A stretch of DNA of 28,361 bases from a virus (taxonomy: Duplodnaviria; Heunggongvirae; Uroviricota; Caudoviricetes). This document shows, one piece after another, positions 16,560 to 25,741 of the stretch (within the stretch, counting starts at the first letter, position 1; every line of letters begins with the position of its first letter). Below the pieces are notes generated by a model, which was not told where the DNA came from, ran no database searches, and saw nothing but the letters and a program-made list of their open reading frames with translations. The translations under genes and the position numbers were made by a program. The stretch lies in the IMG/VR virus record IMGVR_UViG_2698536339_000017. The stretch is one strand, 5' to 3'.

Positions 16560-17422
16560 GCGAGGTTCTTGTTTTCAAATTGTTCCGGACTGAGGCCGCC
16601 ACACCAACTGTGCCGCCGCCACCGATTGTAATCACATTCGATATAATTAAACACCGTTGCCCGCATTATTTCCCGGCTGATAAAGTGTTCTCCATGGATA
16701 CATTCCACTTTCAGCGAATGAAAGAAGCTTTCCACGCAGGCATTATCGTAGCAGCAACCTTTTGCGCTCATACTTCCACGCAGATTATGCCGCTTCAGTT
16801 GCGCCTGATAATCTGCTGAACAGTACTGGCCTCCACGGTCCGTGTGAACGATAACGTTCCGGGGCCTCTTACGCCGCCACAGCGCCATCTGCAGGGCATC
16901 GCAGGCCAGTTGCGCCGTCATGCGTGGCGACATTGACCAGCCAATAACGGCACGTGACCACAGGTCAATGACCACTGCCAGATACAGCCAGCCTTCATCT
17001 GTACGTAAGTACGTGATGTCTCCTGCCCACTTCTGGTTCGGGCCACTGGCGTAAAAATCCTGCTCCAACAGATTTTCTGACACAGGCAGGCCGTGTGCGC
17101 GGTAGCTGACCGGGCTGAACTTCCGGGAGGCCTTTGCCCTCAGTCCCTGACGGCGCAGGCTTGCCGCCACGGTTTTTACGTTAAAGGGGTAACCCTGAGC
17201 ACGCAGTTCATCCGTCAGGCGTGGGGCACCGTAACGCTGTTTTGACCGGGTAAAAGCCGCGAGGACAACGCTGTCGCAGTGTTGGCGGAACTGCTGACGC
17301 GTGCTTATCCTTGTCCGCCGCTGACACCACGTATACCAGCCGCTGCGGGCCACCCGGAGCACGCGGCACATTGCTTTGATGCTGAACTCAGCCTGATGTT
17401 TTTCAATAAAGACATACTTCAT
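16556..17422 (-). CDS. insF: IS3 transposase orfB (InsF-type, DDE integrase domain)
   Basis: 288 aa; sequence recognised as IS3 orfB. Normally expressed as an OrfAB frameshift fusion, which the truncated orfA here cannot provide. Confidence 0.85.
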
Positions 17423-17567
17423 TTCAGGCGCTTCGCGAAGTATGTCGCGGCCTTTTGGAGGATAGCCAGCTCTTCATCCCGTTCTGCCAGCTGGCGTTTG
17501 AGACGTGCAATCTCGGTAGACATCTCCAGTTCACGTTCAGAAGACGTCTGCTGATTTTGCTGTTTAC
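17419..17567 (-). pseudogene. insE: IS3 orfA (InsE-type) remnant, N-terminally truncated
   Basis: Encodes only the C-terminal part ...[48 protein letters not shown]; HTH-containing N-terminus and promoter absent. Confidence 0.75.
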
Positions 17568-17569
17568 AC

Positions 17570-17595
17570 TTCTCCCAAACCAACGTTTATGAAAA
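17570..17595 (+). other. Gin/Hin-type crossover site adjacent to the invertase gene (site C)
   Basis: TTCTCCCAAACC-AA-CGTTTATGAAAA; about 20 of 26 positions match hixL (TTCTTGAAAACCAAGGTTTTTGATAA) as I recall it. Left half identical to the tail-fibre half-sites. Lies 55 bp upstream of the invertase start. Confidence 0.65.
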
Positions 17596-17650
17596 TGCAG
17601 AGATAACGGCTAACTGGCATCATCTCCGGTTTTTATTCAGGAGGATGATC

Positions 17651-18217
17651 ATGCTTATTGGCTATGTACGCGTGTCAACAAATGACCAGAACACCGATTT
17701 GCAACGCAATGCACTGAACTGTGCGGGATGTGAGCGGATTTTTGAGGATAAAATCAGTGGCACCAAGTCCGACAGACCGGGGCTGAAAAAGCTGCTCAGG
17801 ACACTATCGGCAGGAGACACGCTGGTTGTCTGGAAGCTGGACAGACTGGGGCGCAGTATGCGGCATCTTGTTACGCTGATAGAAGAGCTGCGCCAGCGTG
17901 GCGTGAATTTCCGAAGCCTGACTGACAGTATTGATACCAGCACCCCAATGGGCCGTTTCTTTTTTCATGTCATGGGTGCCCTGGCTGAAATGGAACGCGA
18001 ACTGATAGTTGAACGTACCAGGGCGGGGCTGGCTGCAGCTCGTGCTAAAGGCAGAGTAGGTGGACGCCGTCCTAAGTTGACCAGCGAACAGTGGGCACAG
18101 ATTGGGCGTTTACTCGAGGCCGGAGAATCAAGACAGCGTATTGCACTGATTTTTGATGTAGGCGTTTCTACCATTTATCGAAAATTTCCGGCAAATAAGA
18201 ACAATAAATCTCCCTGA
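17651..18217 (+). CDS. Serine recombinase DNA invertase, Gin/Pin/Cin/Hin family
   Basis: MLIGYVRVSTNDQNTDLQRNAL... with catalytic Ser in VRVST and a C-terminal HTH (GVSTIYRKF). Near-identical in motif content to Mu Gin as I recall it. RBS AGGAGG upstream; an in-frame ATG at 17645 is an alternative start. Confidence 0.9.
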   Translation: MLIGYVRVSTNDQNTDLQRNALNCAGCERIFEDKISGTKSDRPGLKKLLRTLSAGDTLVVWKLDRLGRSMRHLVTLIEELRQRGVNFRSLTDSIDTSTPMGRFFFHVMGALAEMERELIVERTRAGLAAARAKGRVGGRRPKLTSEQWAQIGRLLEAGESRQRIALIFDVGVSTIYRKFPANKNNKSP

Positions 18218-18265
18218 ATCAGCTTTATTTTGATTATCCCTGAAAGCAGACAAATACCGTCATTT

Positions 18266-18283
18266 TGTGTGAATAACGGTACA
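18266..18283 (+). promoter_or_regulatory. TGT-N12-ACA Ogr-type late promoter box for the FI operon
   Basis: TGTGTGAATAACGGTACA centred about 85 bp upstream of the FI start codon, the expected -55 position with about 30-nt leader. Confidence 0.5.
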
Positions 18284-18359
18284 ACTGCGCTTAGCTGTTT
18301 GTCAGGCACAATCACTTCAACATAGGGCGAAGCCTAATCCAATCAGGAGGTTCGCCACT

Positions 18360-19532
18360 ATGGCTCAGGATTACCACCACGGGGTGCGCGTTGTTGAAGT
18401 CAACGAAGGCACCCGATCCATTACCACGGTGAGCACCGCCATCGTGGGTATGGTCTGCACGGGCGATGATGCCGATGCAAAAATGTTTCCTCTTAATAAA
18501 CCCGTGCTGATCACTGATGTGCTGACTGCCAGCGGTAAAGCGGGTGAGTCAGGCACGCTGGCTCGTTCGCTGGATGCCATCGCTGACCAGGCAAAACCCG
18601 TGACCGTTGTTGTGCGTGTGCCGCAGGGTGAAACGGAAGAAGAAACCACGACCAATATCATCGGAGCAGTGACCGCTGAAGGTAAAAAAACAGGCATGAA
18701 AGCCCTGTTATCTGCCCAGTCACAGCTCGGCGTTAAACCGCGCATTCTCGGCGTGCCAGGTCACGACACGAAGGCGGTAGCTACTGAGTTGCTGAGCGTG
18801 GCGCAAAGCCTGCGTGGATTTGCTTACCTGTCAGCGTATGGTTGCAAGACAGTGCAGGAAGCAATCACTTACCGTGAAAACTTCAGTCAGCGTGAAGGAA
18901 TGCTGATCTGGCCCGACTTTACTGGCTGGGACACGGTGCTGAATGCCGAAGCAACGGCTTATGCCACCGCCCGTGCGCTTGGTCTGCGCGCCAAAATTGA
19001 CGAGCAGACCGGATGGCACAAAAGCCTGTCCAACGTGGGCGTTAACGGTGTCACCGGAATTTCTGCTGATGTGTTCTGGGATCTGCAGGACCCGGCAACC
19101 GATGCGGGACTGCTGAACCAGAACGACGTCACCACCCTTATCCGCAAAGACGGTTTTCGCTTCTGGGGTTCCCGCTGCCTGAGTGATGACCCGCTCTTTG
19201 CCTTCGAAAACTACACCCGCACGGCGCAGGTGCTGACGGACACGATGGCAGAAGCGCACATGTGGGCGGTGGATAAACCGCTGAATCCGTCGCTGGCCCG
19301 CGACATTATCGAGGGTATCCGCGCCAAAATGCGCAGCCTGGTCAGTCAGGGCTATCTCATTGGTGGTGATTGCTGGCTGGATGAGTCGGTGAACGACAAA
19401 GACACGCTGAAAGCCGGAAAACTCACCATCGACTACGACTACACGCCAGTGCCGCCACTTGAAAACCTGATGCTGCGTCAGCGCATCACCGATCAGTACC
19501 TGGTGAATTTCTCCAGCCAGGTCAGCGCGTAA
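18360..19532 (+). CDS. FI: Tail sheath protein FI
   Basis: 390 aa, similar to P2 gpFI. Confidence 0.9.
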   Translation: MAQDYHHGVRVVEVNEGTRSITTVSTAIVGMVCTGDDADAKMFPLNKPVLITDVLTASGKAGESGTLARSLDAIADQAKPVTVVVRVPQGETEEETTTNIIGAVTAEGKKTGMKALLSAQSQLGVKPRILGVPGHDTKAVATELLSVAQSLRGFAYLSAYGCKTVQEAITYRENFSQREGMLIWPDFTGWDTVLNAEATAYATARALGLRAKIDEQTGWHKSLSNVGVNGVTGISADVFWDLQDPATDAGLLNQNDVTTLIRKDGFRFWGSRCLSDDPLFAFENYTRTAQVLTDTMAEAHMWAVDKPLNPSLARDIIEGIRAKMRSLVSQGYLIGGDCWLDESVNDKDTLKAGKLTIDYDYTPVPPLENLMLRQRITDQYLVNFSSQVSA

Positions 19533-19541
19533 GGGGACAAC

Positions 19542-20057
19542 ATGGCTTTACCACGCAAATTAAAACACCTGAACCTGTTTAATGACGGGAACAACTGGCA
19601 GGGGATCGTTGAGTCGCTGACGCTGCCGAAATTTACCCGCAAATATGAGAAGTATCGCGGTGGCGGAATGCCGGGTGCAGTGGATGTGGATCTGGGGCTG
19701 GATGACGGCGCACTGGATACGGAATTTTCCATTGGTGGTACTGAACTGCTGCTGTTTAAGCAGATGGGCAAAGCCACGGTGGATGGTATCCAGTTGCGCT
19801 TTACCGGCTCTATCCAGCGTGACGATACCGGGGAAGTGCAGGCCGTGGAGCTTGTGGTGCGTGGACGTCACAAAGAAGTGGATTCCGGCGAGTGGAAGAC
19901 GGGCGAAAGCAACACCACCAAAGTGACCAGTACCAACAGCTACGCGAAGCTGACTATAAATGGTGAGGTGCTCTATGAAGTGGACCTTATCAACATGGTG
20001 GAAATTGTGGACGGTGTGGACCTGATGGAAGCGCACCGCAACGCCCTCGGCCTCTGA
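19542..20057 (+). CDS. FII: Tail tube protein FII
   Basis: 171 aa, similar to P2 gpFII. Confidence 0.9.
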   Translation: MALPRKLKHLNLFNDGNNWQGIVESLTLPKFTRKYEKYRGGGMPGAVDVDLGLDDGALDTEFSIGGTELLLFKQMGKATVDGIQLRFTGSIQRDDTGEVQAVELVVRGRHKEVDSGEWKTGESNTTKVTSTNSYAKLTINGEVLYEVDLINMVEIVDGVDLMEAHRNALGL

Positions 20058-20111
20058 TGTATCTGAACGGCGCGGGATACCGCGCCAGAACCCAATTTAC
20101 AGGACAGCAAA

Positions 20112-20414
20112 ATGAGCGATAAGCAGACTGAAAAGACCATTCAACTGGATACCCCCATCAAGCGCGGTAAAACAGAAATCACCGAAATTGTGCTGCGTAA
20201 ACCGCAGTCCGGTGCGCTGCGCGGTACACGCCTGCAGGCCATTATGGATATGGATGTAAACGCGATGATGACCGTGATCCCCCGCATCTCCAGTCCGGCA
20301 CTGACTGCACAGGAAATTGCAGAGATGGACCCGGCAGATCTCACTGCCATGTCGGTTGAGGTTGTCACTTTTTTGTTGAAGAAGTCGGTGCTTGCCGGTT
20401 TACCGACAGCCTGA
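20112..20414 (+). CDS. E: Tail assembly chaperone E
   Basis: 100 aa; position between FII and T. Contains the slippery heptamer near its 3' end. Confidence 0.8.
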   Translation: MSDKQTEKTIQLDTPIKRGKTEITEIVLRKPQSGALRGTRLQAIMDMDVNAMMTVIPRISSPALTAQEIAEMDPADLTAMSVEVVTFLLKKSVLAGLPTA

Positions 20415-20548
20415 CGGTTGACGATCTGGTGGCAGATATCGCCACCATTTTTCACTGGCCGCCATCCGTTACTGACGTTATGCCGCTGACCGAAGTGCTG
20501 GAATGGCGGTATAAAGCGATTCAGAGAAGCGGGGCCAACGATGAGTGA
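20112..20548 (+). CDS. E+E': E+E' fusion product made by programmed -1 ribosomal frameshift at T-TTT-TTG (20369-20375)
   Basis: Slippery sequence TTTTTTG sits in the zero frame as acT TTT TTG. The -1 frame stays open from 20375 to a stop at 20546-20548, overlapping the T start, giving about 145 aa as in P2 E+E'. Confidence 0.7.
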
Positions 20549-23500
20549 TAACAACCTGCGTCTGCAGGTCATTCTTAATGCGGTTGACAAGCTCACCCGC
20601 CCATTTCGATCTGCGCAGGCCAGTTCAAGAGAACTGGCTGCTGCTGTCAAAAAATCCCGCGATGCAATAAAGCAGCTTGATCAGGCCGGGAGCAGTCTGG
20701 ACAGCTTCCGAAAGCTGCAGGCAGAAAATCAGAAATTAGGCGACAGGCTGAACTATGCCCGCCAGCGTGCAAATTTGCTCAGTCAGGAACTGGGAGCGAT
20801 GGGGCCGCCTTCGCAACGTCAGGTTGTTGCTCTGGGCCGTCAACGGCTGGCTGTTCAGCGCCTGGAAGAACGCCAGAAAAAGCTGCAGCAGCAGACGGCG
20901 CTTGTGCGTGCTGAACTGTACCGGGCGGGAATTTCTGCGAAAGACGATGCGGGAGCAACTGCCCGTTTAGCCCGTGAAACATCACGTTATAACCAGGAAC
21001 TTTCGAAACAGGAGGCGCGGCTGAAGCGACTGGGGGAAGCTCAGCGCAGGATGAATGCAGCGCGTGCCAGTTATGCCCGTTCGCTGGAGGTGCGTGATCG
21101 TATTGCAGGTGCCGGAGCCACCACCACGGCTGCAGGGCTGGCAATGGGTGCGCCAGTGATGGCGGCAGTAAAAAGCTATACCAGCATGGAAGATGCCATG
21201 AAAGGTGTGGCAAAGCAGGTCAATGGTCTGCGTGACGATAATGGCAACCGCACTGCACGTTTTTATGAAATGCAGGATGCCATCAAGGCTGCCAGCGAAC
21301 AGTTGCCGATGGAAAACGGTGCGGTGGACTTCGCTGCACTGGTTGAAGGTGGTGCGCGCATGAACGTCGCAAACCCTCACGACAGCTGGGAAGATCAGAA
21401 ACGTGACCTGCTGGCCTTCGCCAGTACGGCAGCAAAGGCGGCAACAGCCTTTGAGCTGCCAGCGGATGAACTGTCAGAAAGTCTGGGGAAAATCGCCCAG
21501 CTCTACAAAATCCCCACCCGCAATATTGAACAGCTCGGTGATGCGCTGAACTATCTGGATGATAACGCCATGTCGAAAGGGGCAGACATCATTGATGTGA
21601 TGCAACGTCTGGGCGGTGTGGCTGACCGTCTGGATTATCGTAAAGCGGCGGCGCTGGGTTCCACCTTCCTGACACTGGGCGCTGCGCCAGAGGTTGCAGC
21701 CAGTGCAGCAAACGCGATGGTGCGTGAATTGTCCATTGCCACCATGCAAAGCAAGAGTTTCTTTGAAGGGATGGATCTGCTGAAACTCAATCCTGAAGTG
21801 ATTGAAAAGCAGATGACGAAGGATGCGATGGGAACCATCCAGCGCGTGCTGGAGAAGGTAAACGCGCTGCCGCAGGACAAGCGCCTGTCTGCCATGACTA
21901 TGTTGTTTGGTAAAGAGTTTGGCGATGACGCGGCGAAACTGGCAAACAACCTGCCGGAACTGCAGCGTCAGTTAAAACTGACAGCGGGCAATGATGCGCT
22001 CGGCTCCATGCAGAAAGAATCCGACATTAACAAGGATTCACTTTCTGCGCAGTGGTTGCTGGTCAAAACCGGAGCGCAGAACACCTTCAGCAGCCTGGGC
22101 GAAACGCTGCGCCAGCCGCTGATGGATATTCTGTACACGGTGAAAAGCGTCACGGGGGCGTTGCGTCGCTGGGTGGAAGCTAACCCGGAACTGACAGGCA
22201 CACTGATGAAAGCATCGGCTGTTGTGGCTGCGGTTACCGTCGGCCTCGGCACCTTAGCGGTGGCGCTGGCTGCAGTGCTGGGGCCGCTGGCAGTGATCCG
22301 TCTGGGATTCTCTGTGTTGGGTATCAAAACGTTATCTTCCGTTACGGCAGCAGTAACTCGAACCAGCAGCGCGTTGTCCTGGCTGGCTGGCGCGCCACTG
22401 GCACTGCTGCGACGCGGGCTTGCTTCATCGGGCAACGCCGCAGGTTTACTTACTGCGCTGTTGTCGTCTTTGCGCCGCACGGCATCACTGACGGGAAATG
22501 TCCTGAAAACTGTAGCAGGTGCGCCGGTTGCACTTTTGCGGTCTGGATTATCCGGTTTACGTGCTGTTGCTGTGATGTTTATGAATCCTCTGGCGGTACT
22601 GCGCGGTGGACTGGCCGCCGCAGGCACGGTGCTGCGAGTACTGGCATCTGGTCCACTGGCGATGCTGCGCGTTGCCCTGTATGCCATATCTGGTCTGTTA
22701 GGTGCTCTGCTCAGTCCGATAGGTCTTGTGGTTACTGCACTGGCGGGCGTGGCGCTGGTTGTCTGGAAATACTGGCAACCCATCACCGCATTTCTCGGTG
22801 GCGTGGTGGAAGGATTCAAAGCGGCGGCAGGTCCCATCAGTGCAGCGTTCGAACCGCTTAAGCCCGTGTTCCAGTGGATTGGCGACAAAGTGCAGGCGCT
22901 GTGGGGCTGGTTTACTGATCTGCTGACGCCCGTTAAGTCGACCTCTGCCGAACTGCAGAGCGCAGCGGCCATGGGGCGACGATTCGGGGAGGCACTGGCA
23001 GAAGGGCTGAATATGGTCATGCATCCGCTGGACTCCCTGAAATCCGGCGTTTCCTGGTTGCTGGAGAAACTCGGCATTGTCAGTAAAGAGGCTGCAAAGG
23101 CGAAACTGCCGGAAAGCGTGACGCGTCAGCAACCTGCGACGGTGAAGGCAGACGGTAAAGTGATGATGCCATCGGGTGATTTTCCGTCATGGGGATATGG
23201 CTTTGCGGGGATGTATGACAGCGGCGGCTATATCCCGCGCGGGCAGTTTGGCATCGTCGGTGAAAACGGGCCGGAAATTGTTAACGGCCCGGCAAACGTG
23301 ACCAGCCGGAGAAATACAGCTGCACTGGCTGCCGTTGTCGCCGGAATGATGGGTGTTGCTGCCGCGCCAGCAGAGCTTCCACCGTTGCATCCTTTGGCGC
23401 TTCCCGCAAAAGGCGGTGAAGCGATGGTGAGTCGTGCAGCTAGTGTGCCGCCCATTTACCGGATTGAAGCACCGACGCAGATCATCATCCAGACACAGCC

Positions 23501-23618
23501 AGGACAAAGTGCGCAGGATATTGCGCGGGAGGTGGCCCGCCAGCTTGATGAACGTGAACGCAGGCTGAAGGCAAAAGCCAGGAGTAACTACAGCGATCAG
23601 GGGGGATACGACGCATGA
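20541..23618 (+). CDS. T: Tail tape measure protein T
   Basis: 1025 aa with N-terminal coiled-coil region, a central hydrophobic Gly/Ala/Leu-rich repeat region and C-terminal domain; position between E and U. Confidence 0.9.
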   Translation: MSDNNLRLQVILNAVDKLTRPFRSAQASSRELAAAVKKSRDAIKQLDQAGSSLDSFRKLQAENQKLGDRLNYARQRANLLSQELGAMGPPSQRQVVALGRQRLAVQRLEERQKKLQQQTALVRAELYRAGISAKDDAGATARLARETSRYNQELSKQEARLKRLGEAQRRMNAARASYARSLEVRDRIAGAGATTTAAGLAMGAPVMAAVKSYTSMEDAMKGVAKQVNGLRDDNGNRTARFYEMQDAIKAASEQLPMENGAVDFAALVEGGARMNVANPHDSWEDQKRDLLAFASTAAKAATAFELPADELSESLGKIAQLYKIPTRNIEQLGDALNYLDDNAMSKGADIIDVMQRLGGVADRLDYRKAAALGSTFLTLGAAPEVAASAANAMVRELSIATMQSKSFFEGMDLLKLNPEVIEKQMTKDAMGTIQRVLEKVNALPQDKRLSAMTMLFGKEFGDDAAKLANNLPELQRQLKLTAGNDALGSMQKESDINKDSLSAQWLLVKTGAQNTFSSLGETLRQPLMDILYTVKSVTGALRRWVEANPELTGTLMKASAVVAAVTVGLGTLAVALAAVLGPLAVIRLGFSVLGIKTLSSVTAAVTRTSSALSWLAGAPLALLRRGLASSGNAAGLLTALLSSLRRTASLTGNVLKTVAGAPVALLRSGLSGLRAVAVMFMNPLAVLRGGLAAAGTVLRVLASGPLAMLRVALYAISGLLGALLSPIGLVVTALAGVALVVWKYWQPITAFLGGVVEGFKAAAGPISAAFEPLKPVFQWIGDKVQALWGWFTDLLTPVKSTSAELQSAAAMGRRFGEALAEGLNMVMHPLDSLKSGVSWLLEKLGIVSKEAAKAKLPESVTRQQPATVKADGKVMMPSGDFPSWGYGFAGMYDSGGYIPRGQFGIVGENGPEIVNGPANVTSRRNTAALAAVVAGMMGVAAAPAELPPLHPLALPAKGGEAMVSRAASVPPIYRIEAPTQIIIQTQPGQSAQDIAREVARQLDERERRLKAKARSNYSDQGGYDA

Positions 23619-24100
23619 TGATGGTGCTGGGATTGTACGTGTTTATGCTGCGCACCGTGCCATATCAGGAGCTGCAGTATCAACGCAGCTGGCGACATGC
23701 GGCAAACAGCCGGGTAAACCGACGTCCGTCCACGCAGTTTCTGGGACCGGACAACGACATGCTGACGCTTTCCGGTGTTCTTATGCCGGAGATAACAGGT
23801 GGCAGGCTGTCGTTGCTGGCACTGGAGCAGATGGCAGAACAGGGGAAAGCATGGCCCCTGATTGAAGGCAGTGGCACGATTTATGGCATGTATGTGATTG
23901 AGGGACTGAATCAGACTAAAACGGAGTTTTTCCGCGACGGTATGCCGCGCCGGATTGAGTTCACCCTGTCGCTCAAACGGGTGGATGAATCCCTGTCCGA
24001 TATATTCGGTGATCTCAGTGCGCAACTGAATAATCTGCAGGACACAGCAACGTCTGCCTTAAGCGATATCAGTAAAGCGGTGGGAGGGCTGCTGTCATGA
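23615..24100 (+). CDS. U: Tail protein U
   Basis: 161 aa; position and similarity to P2 gpU. Confidence 0.85.
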   Translation: MMMVLGLYVFMLRTVPYQELQYQRSWRHAANSRVNRRPSTQFLGPDNDMLTLSGVLMPEITGGRLSLLALEQMAEQGKAWPLIEGSGTIYGMYVIEGLNQTKTEFFRDGMPRRIEFTLSLKRVDESLSDIFGDLSAQLNNLQDTATSALSDISKAVGGLLS

Positions 24101-25197
24101 ATTTCAGCTCTGAACTGCTTAACAAAGGCAACAAAACTCCCGCATTCAGCATCAGTATTGAGGGCAGGGATATCACCACTGTGCTGGATAACCGCCTGAT
24201 GAGTTTGACGCTGACGGACAATCGGGGCTTTGAAGCGGACCAGCTTGATCTGGAGCTGGACGACGCCGACGGAAAAATCGTGCTGCCGCGCCGTGGTGCG
24301 GTTATTACGCTGGCGCTGGGCTGGAAGGGGCAGCCGCTTTTCCCGAAAGGGGCATTCACGGTGGACGAGATTGAACACACTGGCGCACCGGACCGCCTGA
24401 CTATCCGGGCGCGAAGTGCTGATTTTCGTGAAACGCTGAATACCCGCCGTGAAAAGTCGTGGCACAAGACCACCGTCGGGGAAGTGGTGAAGGAAATAGC
24501 TGTGCGGCACAAACTGAAGATGGCATTGGGTAAAGACCTGTCAGATAAACCCGTGGAACATATAGACCAGACCAATGAGAGTGACGGCAGTTTTCTGATG
24601 CGGCTGGCGCGCCAGTACGGTGCTATTGCGTCGGTGAAAAATGGCAATCTGTTATTCATCCGGCAGGGACAGGGTAAAAGCGCCAGCGGTAAACCACTAC
24701 CGGTTATCACTATCACACGTAAGGACGGCGACAGTCACCGCTTTACCCTGGCAGATCGCGGAGCCTACACGGGCGTAATTGCCAGCTGGTTGCATACCCG
24801 CGAACCCGCGAAGAATGAAAGCACCACGGTGAAGCGTAAGCGCAGGACTAAGAAGCAGAAGAAAGAGCCGGAAGCGAAGCAGGGCGATTACCTGGTGGGT
24901 ACAGATGAAAACGTGCTGGTACTTAATCGCACCTATGCCAACCGGAGCAACGCCGAACGGGCGGCGAAAATGCAGTGGGAACGCCTGCAACGCGGCGTTG
25001 CGTCATTCTCGCTACAACTGGCAGAAGGTCGGGCAGATCTCTACACGGAAATGCCAGTGAAAGTCAGTGGCTTTAAACAGCCGATAGATGATGCGGAATG
25101 GACCATTACAACTCTGACGCATACCGTCGGCCCCGATAACGGTTTTACAACCAGTCTGGAGCTTGAAGTGAGGATTGATGATTTCGAAATGGAATGA
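24097..25197 (+). CDS. D: Tail protein D (late gene D)
   Basis: 366 aa, similar to P2 gpD. Confidence 0.85.
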   Translation: MNFSSELLNKGNKTPAFSISIEGRDITTVLDNRLMSLTLTDNRGFEADQLDLELDDADGKIVLPRRGAVITLALGWKGQPLFPKGAFTVDEIEHTGAPDRLTIRARSADFRETLNTRREKSWHKTTVGEVVKEIAVRHKLKMALGKDLSDKPVEHIDQTNESDGSFLMRLARQYGAIASVKNGNLLFIRQGQGKSASGKPLPVITITRKDGDSHRFTLADRGAYTGVIASWLHTREPAKNESTTVKRKRRTKKQKKEPEAKQGDYLVGTDENVLVLNRTYANRSNAERAAKMQWERLQRGVASFSLQLAEGRADLYTEMPVKVSGFKQPIDDAEWTITTLTHTVGPDNGFTTSLELEVRIDDFEME

Positions 25198-25287
25198 TTC
25201 TTCGCAATGGAGAACTTTTAAGTTTGCAAAATGGAATAATGCGGTATCATTATTGTGAATTTAGCAAAAATGGGGAGAACTCGAAAA

Positions 25288-25506
25288 ATGATGATTTGCC
25301 CACTGTGTGGAAGTGCCGCCCATACTCGCAGCAGTTTTCAGGTATCTTCATTGACCAAAGAGCGTTACAACCAGTGCCAGAACATTAACTGCAGCCATAC
25401 TTTTGTTACCCATGAAACTTTTGTTCGTTCGATTGCAACGCCAAAAGAGTCAAATCCGGTTCAGCCGCATCCAATGAAATCAGGACAGGTGGCGCTCTCT
25501 CTTTGA
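25288..25506 (+). CDS. ogr: Ogr/Delta-type zinc-finger late transcription activator
   Basis: MMICPLCGSAAHTRSSFQVSSLTKERYNQCQNINCSHTF... has the Cys4 pattern and strong similarity to P2 Ogr. Start set at the MMICPLC Met rather than the longest ORF start at 25255. Confidence 0.85.
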   Translation: MMICPLCGSAAHTRSSFQVSSLTKERYNQCQNINCSHTFVTHETFVRSIATPKESNPVQPHPMKSGQVALSL

Positions 25507-25586
25507 CGCTGCCGCCATTTTGTCGCCATCGTTAAAAAACAGTGTTTCTAACATCATGATTTTAAACAGCTTAAATTTCAGGCAAC

Positions 25587-25629
25587 AAAAAACCCATCAA
25601 CCTTGAACCGAAATGGCGGGGTTGATGGG
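25587..25629 (-). terminator. Rho-independent terminator of ybjL
   Basis: 10-bp perfect inverted repeat CCCATCAACC / GGTTGATGGG (25593-25602 and 25620-25629), followed on the minus strand by TTTTTTGTT. Confidence 0.6.
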
Positions 25630-25741
25630 CTCCACAAAATGGGGACATCAAAGAAAAGCAGTGGCACTAATTAAGACTGATGCCCTGCGGAAAAGTTCTG
25701 CGGTTGTGCAAAAAAATTTCATTTTCAGGGCAACTTCAGTT

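Larger units (their letters stand above)
16526..17567 (-). mobile_element. IS3 copy, 5'-truncated (about 216 bp of the left end missing, including IRL and the first ~50 codons of orfA)
   Basis: Terminal sequence TGATCCTACCCACGTAATATGGACACAGGCCTAAGCGAG at 16526 matches the IS3 right inverted repeat from memory. orfB is intact. orfA-matching sequence begins only at ...KQQNQQTSSERELEMS... and IS3 identity stops at 17567. Confidence 0.8.
1..25592. mobile_element. P2-like (Peduovirus-type) prophage, late-gene arm; right end lies between ogr and the ybjL terminator; left part continues beyond the window start
   Basis: Contiguous set of P2 homologues by protein similarity and order (H, I, J, W, V, S, R, lysis genes, X, L, M, N, O, P, Q, FI, FII, E, T, U, D, ogr). 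Host genes ybjL/ybjM/grxA follow from 25742. Exact att boundary not determinable from one junction. Confidence 0.85.

Noticed and set aside
16526-17567. Treating the IS3 copy as a complete, active element
   Set aside because: Only the right inverted repeat is present. The left ~216 bp including IRL and the 5' part of orfA are missing, so it cannot transpose autonomously.
17645-17650. Upstream in-frame ATG as the invertase start (MIMLIGY...)
   Set aside because: Gin/Hin/Cin invertases begin MLIGY or MATIGY, and the AGGAGG RBS is spaced correctly for the ATG at 17651; the 17645 ATG is too close to the RBS.
20779-23507. Minus-strand ORFs inside the tape measure gene, including a 369-aa ORF at 21968-23077
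   Set aside because: Antisense open frames are common in GC-rich, low-complexity tape-measure sequence. Their translations are low-complexity Ser/Ala/Pro/Arg-rich and they lie entirely within a gene of established function.
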